A stretch of 64,000 nt of DNA from Cyanophora paradoxa CCMP329 (taxonomy: Eukaryota; Plantae; Glaucophyta), in the NCBI GenBank assembly GCA_004431415.1, contig QPMI01000626.1, positions 62,001 through 126,000 of the forward strand, in the 5' to 3' direction. Positions 1-11,067 of this stretch are shown piece after piece. How positions within the stretch are numbered: the stretch's first letter is position 1; the number at the start of each line of letters is the position of its first letter. Under the pieces are notes generated by a model. It did no database searches and was not told the origin of the DNA. It was given only the letters and a program-made list of their open reading frames with translations. Position numbers and translations under genes: made by a program.

Positions 1-825
1 CGCCGCGGTCGCCGGGCGCGCGCGCGGGCCGGCCGCCGAAGCGGCGGCAGCAGCAGCCGAGCCCGGCCGCCGCGAAACGGCGGCGGCGCTCGTAGGCCTC
101 CTCGAGCCGGGTACGTGCGCGGGGGCCGCCGCGTTGGCAAGCGGGCCCGACTGCGCAGGGCGCGTCGTGAGCGAACAGGGCGGGGGAACAGTGGGGCGGG
201 GGTACGTGGCGCACGAGGGGCGATCCCATCGAGTCGCTGGCTGCGAGGCTCCGCAGCACCTCGATTGGCCTGCGTGCGCCCGCCCGCCCGGTCTTAGCGC
301 GCGGTCTTTGAAAAGGGCGGGTCGGGTTGGGGGGGCGAACAGGGGCTCGTCGCCGGCCCCTTCGAAGTGCTCGCGGATGGCCTGCGGCATCGCCCCCAGC
401 ACGCGGTCCGCCGCTGCGCAGGGCGAAGCGGGGCGGGGCGGCGCGTTAAGTAGAGCGCAGTAGGCGGAGGAGGGCATGGCTCGAAGGGGCTAATCGATCA
501 TAGATGTTATAAAGTGTTATAAGGTGTGGTGTTACTTGCCAAGTATACGCTTAGTAAAGCTTAAGCGGGGCGGGGCTGGCGGGGCGGGGCGGGGCGGGCG
601 GGGCGGGGCGGGGCGGACAGGGCCGGTCGGCGGGGTTCTTCTCCAGGAGCCACATGACGGTCGCCGTGAAGGCCCGCGAGTAGCAGCGCGGCAGCGAGCG
701 CGGCCGCTGCGTCGTGATCGCATTCGCTAAAGCGAAGAGGTTCTCTCCCTGCGCACACGCGTACCCCTGCGCGTCAGCCCGGGACGGGGCGGGACGGGGC
801 GGGGAGGGAGGGAGGGAGGGGTGCG

Positions 826-856
<31 letters not shown>

Positions 857-2289
857 ACGCGCCTCGAAGGGGGCCGGAGGGCGGAGAGGGTATAGAGAAT
901 GATGCCCACGGACCACTCGTCCACCTTCGCGTCGTACCTGCGGCCGTCCGGGCGCGCGCGCGGGGGCGTGAGCGATGGCGGGGGCGAGTGCTTCTTCGTC
1001 TTCTTTTCACAGGGGCACACGTCTTGTGCTTGATAACCTCGGGGGAGAGGTACAGGGGGGTACCCACGCGCGTCTCCATTTGCGCCTCGATGCTGTTCAG
1101 CAGCCGCGAGACACCCAGGTCGCCCACCTGTCCCGCGCGGCGCCGTGAGCGGCGGCGAGCCGCGGCGAGGCGGCGGGCGGGCGGGCGGCGGGCGGGCGGG
1201 CGGCGGCGGGCCGCGCGCGCTCGCCTTGACGTGGTTGTCCTTTGTCAGGAACACGTTGAGCGATTTCAAATCCCTGCGTGCCGGGCGGCTCGCGGCGCGA
1301 AGCGGGAGAGGAAAGGAAAAGGAAAGAAAGAGGCTCCGGCGCGCCTGTGGACGATGTTCTTCATGTGGAGGTGCTGGACGGCGGAGCAGAGCTCAAAGAG
1401 GTAGCGCCACAGGTCCCGCTCGTCGAAGATGCGCTGGCTCGCCAGCTGCCGGTTCAGCGACTGCTGGAGGTCCCCTGCGGAGTCTCTGAGCAGGGAGGGG
1501 CCCGGCGAGCGAGCGCGGCGCGGCGCTGCGGGCCGACCTCCCTCTGCGTACTCCATCACGATGTACAGCGCCTGATCCTCGACGAACGAGTTGTAGTAGT
1601 GGATGATGTTGGGGTGCCGCAGCACCCGCATGTTTGCGACCTTGCGCGGTTGTTAGGGCGGCGGGCACCACGGGATCCGAGGGCGCTCACCTCCGCTATG
1701 CATTCCCGCTGCTGTTGAGGGTTGAGGTGCTTCATCGCGATCTTCTTGAGCACGTACATGCCCCCGTCGATCTTGGATCGCACTTTGAAGACCTGCCCGT
1801 ACGCGCCGCGGCCTAGCTCCCGCATCACCTCGAGGTCGTCTGCAAACCCTCCCTTAGAGCCGTGCAGGATGCACGCGCCTCAGCGGGTTCGCGGGGGCTG
1901 GGCGCGGACCGAGCCGGTAAGCGGGGCACTGCGGCGCCTGGCGGATTGCTGGGGCCGCCCGCTCCATGCCTGGCATCGTCTCTCCTCGCTCCCACTCCGA
2001 GCTCGCCATCGGCGCCGAGCCCTACGAGCGGGCCGCCCTTGCCCGCCCCGGCTCTTTGCCTCGAGTGGCGGCCGGCACACTCGAGTGTCGGAGCTACGAA
2101 GTTGCTCCCAGGGGGAGGGGCGCCGAGCTCCCAGCTGCAGCTTGCGGTTCGCTGCGGTTTGCGGTCCGTCTGCGACTCTGCGGAGAACTGCGGGGTACGG
2201 CGAACGAAGTCTGCTGCGATGATCTCCCGTGGCTTCCACAGCTTCCGGGTGCTTTGTATCATGCTTCTCGTTGTAGGTGAGGCTCGCAT
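1..2289 (-). CDS. NIMA-related (NEK) Ser/Thr protein kinase, multi-exon, 3' end probably runs off the window
   Basis: Spliced exons give LGRGAYGQVFKV..YVLKKI..ECIAE|VANMRVLRHPNIIHYYNSF..IVMEYAEG|GDL..HMKNIVHR|DLKSLNVFL..VK|VGDLGVSR..VGTPLYLSPE..YDAKVDEWSVG..PPFE|GENLFALANAI..NPADRP. All kinase subdomains are present, NEK-type. One apparent 1-nt homopolymer frameshift at 869-873. Start ATG 2289 is tentative. Confidence 0.9.
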
Positions 2290-2404
2290 GCCCGCCTTTC
2301 TCAAGTCCTCTGATTAACCGTCGCGCAGCGGTCGGTGCGCCTGCATCCTAGCGCCGCGACGTGCGGGGCAGGCCATTGCTGCCCTCAATCGGCACTGCTC
2401 ATCT

Positions 2405-5404
2405 ATGCTGCTCGCTTGCTCTCTCCCCCTAATCCCTCTCCTCCGCGCTCCTCTCGTCACGTTGGCCTGGATGGCGCGTGCTCGCAGCGCGCGCGCAGCC
2501 GCCGGCGGAGGAAGCGTCGTGCTCCATCGACGCGACGTGCATTCTTGTGGACGCCTCTGTCTCGGAATCGTGCTGCACTTCGTCCCGCCTCACCAACACG
2601 CTCGCAAAGACGGGCTCGCGCATCCAGGGCTCCCAGCTCATCAACGGCACCATCGAGGGCGAATCCATCGTCACCGATTCGCAGGTGCTCGATCTTCATC
2701 TCGCTTCGCGCGGCGCGAAGCGAGCGCGCTGACGTCGAAGTCGACGGCCCGCGCCCAGCTGAGGAACGTCTCCGTCAGCCTGGCGAGCTCTGTGAAGGCA
2801 AGCGTCCTCTCCTACGTCACCGTCAACGCGTGCGCCACGGGCCGCGCCGCGCTCCCCGCTCACCGCTCCTGCTCACGTGCCCGGCCGACGCGGGCCGGCG
2901 CCGGCGCCGCACTGCAGATCGACGCTCGACGCGGTGCGCGTTCCCGGGCCCGGCCCCGACTGCGAGGCCCAGAGGGCCAATACGCATGCGAGGCTTCAGC
3001 TCACGCCGCCTGGCCCGGCGCGGCGCTGCGGCAGGTGGTGAGCGAGGGCGCCTACTTCGACTCGTCCCGCTTCTCCCGCTGCCGCACCTTCGCCGGCGGC
3101 AACTTCGTCCGGTCCGCCCGCCCTCCCCTGCCCGCCCGCGCCCGCGCGCCCGCCGGCTTGGCGGATGTGGCGGCGCGCAGGTCGACGTGCGGGGGCGGCG
3201 GGGTGCTGGAGGGGGCGTACCTGCGCGGCGCCGAGCTGCTCGCGGCCGTCCTGAAGGACGCTTCCGTCAACGAGTGCGCCCCCCGCCCCCCGCTCCCTTC
3301 CCTTCAACCTTCCTAAAGCTCGCCTTTGTAGCCTTTCCTAGTCTTCCCTTGAAGTTCCAAGTCTTTCTAGAGCACGTCCTGCGCCCCCCGCTCCCTTCAC
3401 TTGAGCCTTTCCTTGAAGTTCCTAGCCTTTCTAGAGCACGCCCCGTGCCCCCTGCTCCCTTCACTCGAGCTTTTCCTTGAAGTTTATAGCCTTTGTAGAG
3501 CACGCCCCGTGGCCCCCGCTCCCTTCACTTGAGCCTTTCCTTGAAGTTCCAAGTCTTTCTAGAGCACGCCCCGTGCCCCCTGCTCCCTTCACTCGAGCTT
3601 TTCCTTGAAGTTCCTAGCCTTTCTAGAGCACGCCCCGTGGCCCCCGCTCCCTTCACTCGAGCTTTTCCTTGAAGTTTCTAGCCTTTGTAGAGCACGCCCT
3701 GTGGCCCCCGCTCCCTTCACTTGAGCCTTTCCTTGAAGTTCCTAGCCTTTCTAGAGCACGCCCCGCACCCCGAGCTCCCTTCACTTGAGTCTTTCCTTGA
3801 AGTTCAACGGTTCCAAGTCTTTCTAGAGCACGCCCCGTGCCCCCCGCTCCCTTCACTTGAGTCTTCCCTTGAAGTTCCAAGTCTTTCTAGAGCCCGCCCC
3901 GCGCCTCGAGCTCCCTTCACTTGAGCCTGTCCTTGAAGTTCCAAGTCTTTCTAGAGCACGCCCCGTGCCCCCCGCTCCCTTCACTTGAGTCTTCCCTTGA
4001 AGTTCCAAGTCTTTCTAGAGCACGCCCCGTGGCCCCCGCTCCCTTCACTCGAGCCTTTCCGTGAAGTTCCAAGTCTTTCTAGAGCACATCCCGCGCCCCC
4101 CGCTCCCTTCACTTGAGCGTTCCATCTAGAGCCTTCCCAGCCTTTCCAGCCTCCTAGCCTGTCTAGAGCATGCCCCACGCCCCGCGGCCTCGACGGCCTC
4201 CCGCTTCACTTACGGCCGGGGTCGACGGGGGGACAGTTCGCGGCTGGAGGGCGTGCAGGGCGCCAACATCTCGGTCTCAGGCAGCCGCCTCCTCGATGTC
4301 AACGCCACCGGTGCGACCGCGCCTCATGTGCTCCTTGTCCTAGCTATAGGATTAATATTACATTATGCAGACTCTTCTCTTGATTACTCAAGCTTGAGCC
4401 TCAGCTCAGTTTACTTATAATTAGATTAGCCTAGCGATTTCAATCAAGAGCTACGATGAAACAAAGCCAATCAATCAATGATATCGATCCGCAGACTCGC
4501 GCTTCGAGGAGTCGGAGGCGGCGGGCGTGCGGGCGCGCAACGCCTCCGTCTCCGGCGCCGTCGTCTCCGACTCTATGCTGCTCCACGTCCGCCTCGAGCC
4601 GGGCTCCTCCGTCTCCGGTCCGACGGCCCCCGCCCGCCCGCCCGCCCCGCCGCTCTCTTAACTCTGAACTTAAGCTTAAGCTGAGCTGAGCTGAAGCACT
4701 AGCTTGGCTTGCCAATTGCAGGTTGACTTTAGCTAACTTAGTAGTAGTAGTAATAATAGCTTCTGGCGCGCAGGCTCGCAGGTGGAGTCGTCGCTGGTGG
4801 CCGGCTCGCGGCTCGAGGGGGCCCGCGTGCGCGGCGCCCTCGTGAGGAACTCCACCGTCACCAACGCCACCCTAGTGCGCCTGCCCCGCCCCGCGGCCGC
4901 CCCGCCCCGCCCCGAACCCCCACCCCTCGCGTGCCGCGGGCCCCGCCGGCGCCGGCGCCGCGCCTTGGACTAGGCCCCCGCCGGACCCCGCCCCCGCGAG
5001 ATCTGATCCGAGCGGCCCGGGCCCGGCCCACCACCGTGGCACGCGCGCAGGTCGGCGCCAGCGTGGTGAACGAGGACGTCACGGGCCGCTCGATCGTCTG
5101 CGAGCCCTGCCCGGAGGCCCCCGACGACCGCAGGCTCTGCGACCCCGCCCTCTGCCGTGCGCTCTATATTTAGCTAGCCCCTCCCGGGGCTAAATATTAA
5201 GCTATCATAGTAGTATATTTAGCTATATTTGCGCTCTTGAGCCCCTCGCCCCCGGCCCGCCTCCGCCTCCGCCCGGCCCCCGCCCGCCTGACCGGGAGAG
5301 CAGCGCAAGCGAACGGGGCGGCCGGGGCGCCGCTCGGGCGCTTCGGGCTTCGGGCTTTGGCGCTGGCCCTGGGCGCCTCCCTCCTCGCCTCCTTCCTCTC
5401 TTAG
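2405..5404 (+). CDS. Secreted, probably GPI-anchored Ser-rich beta-solenoid (penta/hexapeptide-repeat-like) glycoprotein
   Basis: Hydrophobic N-terminus MLLACSLPLIPLL..RA-Q. Exons carry periodic strands (GSRIQGSQLINGTIE, SQLRNVSVS, GSRLEGARVRGALVRNSTVTNATL), many N-x-S/T sequons and Cys clusters at both ends. C-terminus ANGAAGAPLGRFGLRALALALGASLLASFLS*. First-exon boundary is inferred. Confidence 0.65.
3326..4180. repeat. Intronic minisatellite, 64-bp unit, about 13 copies
   Basis: GCTCCCTTC recurs at 3390, 3454, 3518, 3582, 3646, 3710, 3774, 3846, 3910, 3974, 4038 and 4102 (period 64; one unit is 72). Confidence 0.95.
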
Positions 5405-5640
5405 CTGTAGATCTAGAGCCCCCCGTCCCGTATTTCTTATATTATTAGGTTAGAGTGCAGTTCCTGGCATTCTCGAATCGAAGGGCGATTTCTCTGGCAT
5501 TCTCGAATCGAATACCGCAGTGCTAGCTTGAAGCTGTGAGCTTGAGGGGCCCGAGGCGATCTCCCGAAGGCTTGAAGCCTTGAAGGGCGCTGTACCCGTC
5601 CCCGCGAAAAACAGCGAAACAGCGAACAACACCAGCGGCC

Positions 5641-8600
5641 ATGAAAGACGCGATCGCCGTTCTCCTCGAGGACCACAAGAACGTCCTTGAGCTCCTGGTC
5701 CGCGCTCCGCAACCGCCGGGCCCGGGGCGCTTGAATTTCGCCTGCGCATGCCCGGGTGCAAAATCGTCGCCCATTTAAATTTTTGATTTCTTACCGCCTG
5801 CGCATGCGTGATTGCTGCCCGCAGGATCGTTACGAAATGGTGCGCATTGCTTGCGCCGCCCGTGATCCGCGAGATTCGGGAGGCCGGCTGTTTAAGATCT
5901 AGATCTCCCGTCCCATGCGGCGCGTGATCATATGCGCATGCATGAGCCGGCCGGCTGCGGCCGACTCTAGCCTGAAGCGGCTCGCGCAGGTGCACGACCA
6001 CAAAGAACGCGAGAATATCTTGCACACCGTGATGACGATGCTTCTTACGCATGACTACCTTGAGCGCGTCGTGATCTACCCGGTTCGCGCCGCTGGCGCC
6101 TGGCTTCAAAACCCTAAATATTTAAGGCTTCGCGGGCCGGCTCGTCGCCGCCGCGCGTCGGCAAGCGCTCATTTCTTTGGGGCGGGCTTGCAGCAAATTC
6201 TGAAGGCGCACAAAGACTTGGTGCACCACTCCATCGTTGAGCATCGGGAGGCGAGCGGTTTTCGCGCAGTTTTCGCGCTACGAGCGCGAAATCTGCCCCG
6301 GACTGACCCGCCGCCGCGAAACAGGTCGAAAAGTACGTGAAGGAGATCGAGGATGTGCGTGCGAGAACTCTGCTTCGCTCCTCCTTGATTCACCTCTTCC
6401 CCTGATCGTGATGACGGGTCCTGCGCGCGCGCGGCGCCGCAGGAGATGCAGAAGGGGCGGCACCTCCCCGCCGACCACCGCCGCCTCTCTACCATCGTGC
6501 GCGTGCTCAGCGGCTCGCAGCCAGTCGTGGCCACCTGCTGGGATCGATATCCGAGCCGAGCTCGAGACCGCGCCGCGCGCGCGCGTACGCGTCCGCAGGT
6601 GAAGAAGCTGCGGGAGGCGTTCATCCACCACGTGAAGGACGAGGTGCACCCCCGGCCCAGCGCGCGCGCGCGCCCGCGGGCTAGCCCTAGATCTAGCCCT
6701 CCCATCCGACCCGCCGCTCACGCATGGTTCGGCTGGCATGCACGCGCAGGAGCGCCAGCTGATCCCGCTGCTGGCGCGTTCGCGATCCGCCACATATAGC
6801 TACGGATTCCAGCCCGGCCCCGGACCGGGCCCCGCGGCCGCCGGGCGTACTTGTTGACTGATCACGACTTGCAATTGGCCCGCGACTGCCGCGCGCGCCC
6901 GCAGAAACACGACCTGGACGATCAGACGCGCAAGGTACCCCGGCCCGCCCCGGGACGATGCGCGAGATTAATTTAGATATATGTGCGGCGGCGCTCGCTC
7001 ATGGCCACGCTCGCGGGGAATCGAATATGAATGGGGGCGACGCGTGCAGTTTGTGCAGACCGAGGTGGAGACCGTACGCAAGGTCCGCGCGTCCGGCCCG
7101 CGGGCCCGGCCCCCGCCCCGTTCGCGAGCGCCATATATATTTAATTATAAACGCGCGCAGGAGCCGATCAGCTCCTCGGGCGAGCTTCTTTCTCGCTTCG
7201 CGAAGGTGTGTGTGCGCGAAGGAAGGTGTGTAGTCGTTGCCGTTCCGATGTGGACCACGTGGACGTGGTCTTACCAGTGAGGGAGATGTTGCCAGCCTGG
7301 TTTCCACTGAGTCGAGCCGCTCGTACCATGTACCCCAGTCAGTAGTCTTGCTGTACCCTCCGGGACCGCACCACGGCTCCCAATACAGCCCCACCACCCC
7401 TCGGGGCAATCTCGCGTGTAGCGCACGGGCTGGGAGCACAGCTGGGCAGCCACAGCACAGCAGAGCGGGCCCAACAACACCAATAATACCCTCGCCGGGA
7501 CAGCCCCTGGCCCCGTCGACGGACGCTGCGGACGTCGATGCGCCGGTGGAGAGTCCGTGGATTCTGCATGGTGGAGAGTGCGCGCGATCGCTGGACTACG
7601 AAAAGGAGGGACGATCGGCACGGAGGCCGAATCTTCAAAAGCGGAGGGAGGAGAAGAAGATGGCGATCCCAACCGCGACCGCAGCGATGTGCTCGTCAGC
7701 AGCAGCACCGGGTGATGCCCCGCGACCGGCCCTCGCTCGCGCGCTGGACCGCGTCGGACCGTCGGGTGATTCCCGTGCCGCCTGCAGCAGCCTTGGCAGC
7801 TGGGTGATTCCAGCGTAATCCGTGCGGCCTGATCGAGAGCTGGTGCTCTTTCCACGTCGATCAGCGCAATCGCGCATCGGAGGCCGGGTGATTCCGGCAT
7901 GAGCCTCGGCTTGCGTACCTCAGCGACCCAGCACGCCGCGCTCCGCGCGCATGAGCAAGGGCGCCAAAGGCGAGCGCTGTCTGCGAGTGCTGCGCGTCCG
8001 GGAGTCCGCCCAACCAGACCGGCGCGCACTTGGCCGCGATCGCCCGGACCTGCGCATACGGACTGGAGGCGGCGATCAAGCTACATCTCCACGCTGAAGA
8101 TACGCTCTCTCTCGTTCTTTCCGTCGCATTAGCAGCTCGCCCCCCCGAGAGTCGCTCTTAGAAGGGAACCATCTATGCGTGTCCCGCGACTCGGCTACCC
8201 ATGCCAGTCGCCTTGAGAGTCTATGAGCCTTGAGAGTCTATCTTGCTTCCGACTGAGAGTCTGTCGCAACCGACTGGGAGTCCGGCCCCCGCGCCGTTCA
8301 GTCGTGACCCTTATCGCTGTCCGATGGCCCACGGATGATGTATCCGATGCGGCGTTGCCCCTTCCAATCCCGGATGATGTATCCGATGAGTCGCATAGCC
8401 TGCCATGGCCCGTTGGAGCCCGAAGAGAGTTGCCTCGCCGGTCCCGAGCTGCTAGCCTCCCGCCTGAGTGATGGCCCCTGCGGAAGGATGGCTCTGACCG
8501 ATCCCTCTTGCTGTCTTGCTCAGATGCGGTCACTCGCAATCGAGGCTTCAAGATGACCAGACTTACCTTGCGTGCCGCGCGTCACACCCGTCTTTACGAT

Positions 8601-9517
8601 GGCCGTGATTGCCCGAGCCGCCCCTCCCCGTCGCTGACGTGCTGTACCCCGACGTCGATGTCCCCCGGGCCCTGCCCCCTTGCATCCTTTGCCGTTCTCC
8701 ATTCCTCTTTTGAGTCTTCCCATTTCCTTTCCGTCGGGTGGTGGTTTTCTGCCTGGTCTCTTGCTGTGGGATGCAAGTGCCGGTGCCTCTCTGTATGGCC
8801 CCAGGGTCCCATCAGTGGCTTGGCCTCTTCAGACCTCACGCCTCGCTGCTGCCTGGATAGCGGGTTCTTTCTCATCCCTGTCCTTTCTCGTGCAGTTTCG
8901 TAGTGGCTTCATCCTTACCAGTGAGGGAGATCCCCCCCGGGTAGCTTTCACCTTACCAGTGAGGGAGATCCCTGTACCCCTCGTTCCCTTGGCGTACCCC
9001 TCGATCTTTCGGACGGCCCTTGAGAGTTGTACCCCTTCTGGCCCTTGGTTCATTGCCAGGCCTAGGCGTTTTCCGTCCCGGCCCCGACCACGTGGGCGTA
9101 GTCGTTGCCGTTCCGATGTGGACCACGTGGACGTGGTCTTACCAGTGAGGGAGATGTTGCCAGCCTGGTTTCCACTGAGTCGAGCCGCTCGTACCATGTA
9201 CCCCAGTCAGTAGTCTTGCTGTACCCTCCGGGACCGCACCACGGCTCCCAATACAGCCCCACCACCCCTCGGGGCAATCTCGCGTGTAGCGCACGGGCTG
9301 GGAGCACAGCTGGGCAGCCACAGCACAGCAGAGCGGGCCCAACAACACCAATAATACTATCTATATATATATATATATATACGGCTCGGCCGCGGCCGCG
9401 GCCGCGGACGCATATGCTCTTGTCGCGCGCCTGAAGCTTATTATAATTACTTACAATATTAATGCGCTAATTATGATCACCTCGGCCAATGTTTTGCAGG
9501 CCGGCGTAGAGCAGTAG
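5641..9517 (+). CDS. Hemerythrin/HHE cation-binding domain protein (about 166 aa, 12 exons)
   Basis: MKDAIAVLLEDHKNVLELL|DRYEM|VHDHKERENILHTVMTMLLTHDYLERVVIYP|QILKAHKDLVHHSIVEHRE|VEKYVKEIED|EMQ..STI|VKKLREAFIHHVKDE|ERQLIPLL|KHDLDDQTRK|FVQTEVETVRK|EPISSSGELLSRFAK|AGVEQ*. Shows the H...HxxxE...H...HxxxE di-iron ligand pattern. The last intron contains a mobile element. Confidence 0.85.
7230..9357. mobile_element. Non-coding element bounded by identical 260-bp direct repeats (LTR-like), inserted in the last hemerythrin intron
   Basis: 7230-7489 = 9098-9357 by eye. An 18-nt repeat segment (CTTACCAGTGAGGGAGAT) recurs internally near 8913 and 8952. No gag/pol ORF, no TSD, no TG..CA ends. The right end abuts (TA)n. 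Confidence 0.75.
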
Positions 9518-10643
9518 ATCAATATCGAGATCAACATCGCAATCGGCGTGCCCGGCGGCCCGCGGCGCCCGAGCTGGCCGCGTTTACGGACTGCGGCATG
9601 CACCGGCCGCATCGAAGAGGCTCAGAGGTACCCATAGCTATAGCGCTAGCTGGCCCGCGGCTCGTTGGAACTCTTTGCCGGATTGGATAATTTTGGATTT
9701 TCGAATATCCGATAGTGGCCATGGGGGCCCGCGGCCGAGCCGGCGCGGATAGATAGTTTGGCGGATATGGCGGATGCATGTGGCGGATATAGTTTGAACA
9801 TATATATACGAATTGAACGGGAGGGCCCGGGGGAGAGCCACGGGGGGGGCGGTGCACGTGGGGGCGGGCTCGCGATCGAGCTCGAGGGGGAAGGGGAGGG
9901 GGGCCCGGGGGGAATGGGATCCGGAGGGGCGGGCATGTTGGAGCTTGAGCTCTGAACATGTTGAAGAGGTACCCTGCAGATGGAGGCTCGAGAGGAGGAG
10001 GCCTGGCATCGACGGCCTGCCAGCGCGGCGCCGGGCTGAGCTCGAGCTCGAGGCTGGGCCGGGGGCCGGCCTACCTTAAATTAAACCAAGCTGCAAGATC
10101 ATGATATCGATATCGATATCGATGGCGCCGGCCGCGGGCGCCGGCCGCGGGCCAGCGGCCCGCGGGCCCGGCCGTATCTACATGTACGTAGTACGTAAAC
10201 GTATACGTACGCGTGGCGCGGGCGCGACTTGCCCGTCAAGCTCATGAGCGCTAGCAGCGGCTCATGATCAGCTGAGCAATGATCATGAGCGACGAGCAGC
10301 TAGCCGGACTCCCGGCTCGTCGCCGAGTCGGGCGGCCGCGGGGCGGACGCGCGGCGGACGGCGGCGCGGCTCGTCGGGCGGGGCGGACGCGCGGCAGGGC
10401 GCGGATACGCACGTACGAGCAGCTAGCCGGAGACTGACCGGAGACTGGGGCGGAGTCTGTGCCTAGCCGCGAGCTCATCAGCGCGTAGGTGCCTAGCCTC
10501 ATCAGGCCCTCATGCAGGACCTGGCGCCGCCGCAGTGGCGCCGCACTGGCGCGGCGAGCGACCGGTAGCGCTAGCATGCTCAGCGGCGAGCTCCTCAGCG
10601 GCTTGCCTTCTACCCCCGGTAGCCGATTTGCAATGATGACGTC

Positions 10644-10880
10644 TTTTTTTTTTTTGAGAGACTACGGTGGGGCGAACCCCCCGTAGGTAGTGATATTAAA
10701 GACAACAAAGCAATCACAAATCAAAGATACAGTAAACTAGCACAAAATATATACAGAATCAAGAGGGATCACGAGAAAGGACACGATCAGAAGAACGCAA
10801 AAGATAAGGAGAACGAGCACGAGGAGAAGGAGTAGAAGAGCTCAAGGGCGTCGATGCAGAAGTACTAGTCACACTAGAAC
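10644..10880 (-). mobile_element. Short poly(A)-tailed retroposon (5'-truncated LINE or SINE-like) with 6-bp TSD
   Basis: T12 at 10644-10655 (A tail on - strand). GACGTC lies at both 10638-10643 and 10881-10886. A stem-loop CTACGG-GGGG-TTCG-CCCC-A-CCGTAG (- strand, 10662-10686) sits next to the tail. Composition is AT-rich, unlike the host. Confidence 0.7.
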
Positions 10881-11067
10881 GACGTCGACCGGCCGGGGCG
10901 CCGGGCAATTCCAATATATTGGCAATTGCAAGAGATGATCGGCTTCTTGCGATTTGGTTCGACTTCTTGCGATTTTTGGGGGTACAGGTGTAGGAGGAGG
11001 GGGGAGCAGATCACGGTGACTGATCGATCGAAGCAGGTTGCGGTCTCACCCTAAGCCGTCGTCAGCG

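Noticed and set aside
869-873. Frameshift in the NEK kinase as pseudogenisation or programmed frameshifting
   Set aside because: One missing base in a G homopolymer next to a long G run, with all other motifs intact; most likely a consensus error.
3326-4180. Regular 64-bp repeats as a CRISPR array
   Set aside because: Whole units repeat with no unique spacers, the array is in a spliceosomal intron, and there are no cas genes.
5464-5513. Duplicated CTGGCATTCTCGAATCGAA upstream of hemerythrin as a heat-shock element
   Set aside because: Only two correctly spaced nGAAn units per copy, and short local duplications are ubiquitous here.
7763-7898. Reverse strand of the hairpins (GGAATCACCC) resembles the MS2 operator
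   Set aside because: Only a short loop-level resemblance, without the bulged-A stem geometry; likely coincidence.
9076-9091. TGGTCGGGGC on the - strand as a PBS for the 7.2-9.4 kb element
   Set aside because: It lies several bases from the repeat end and matches no eukaryotic cytosolic tRNA 3' end I can identify.
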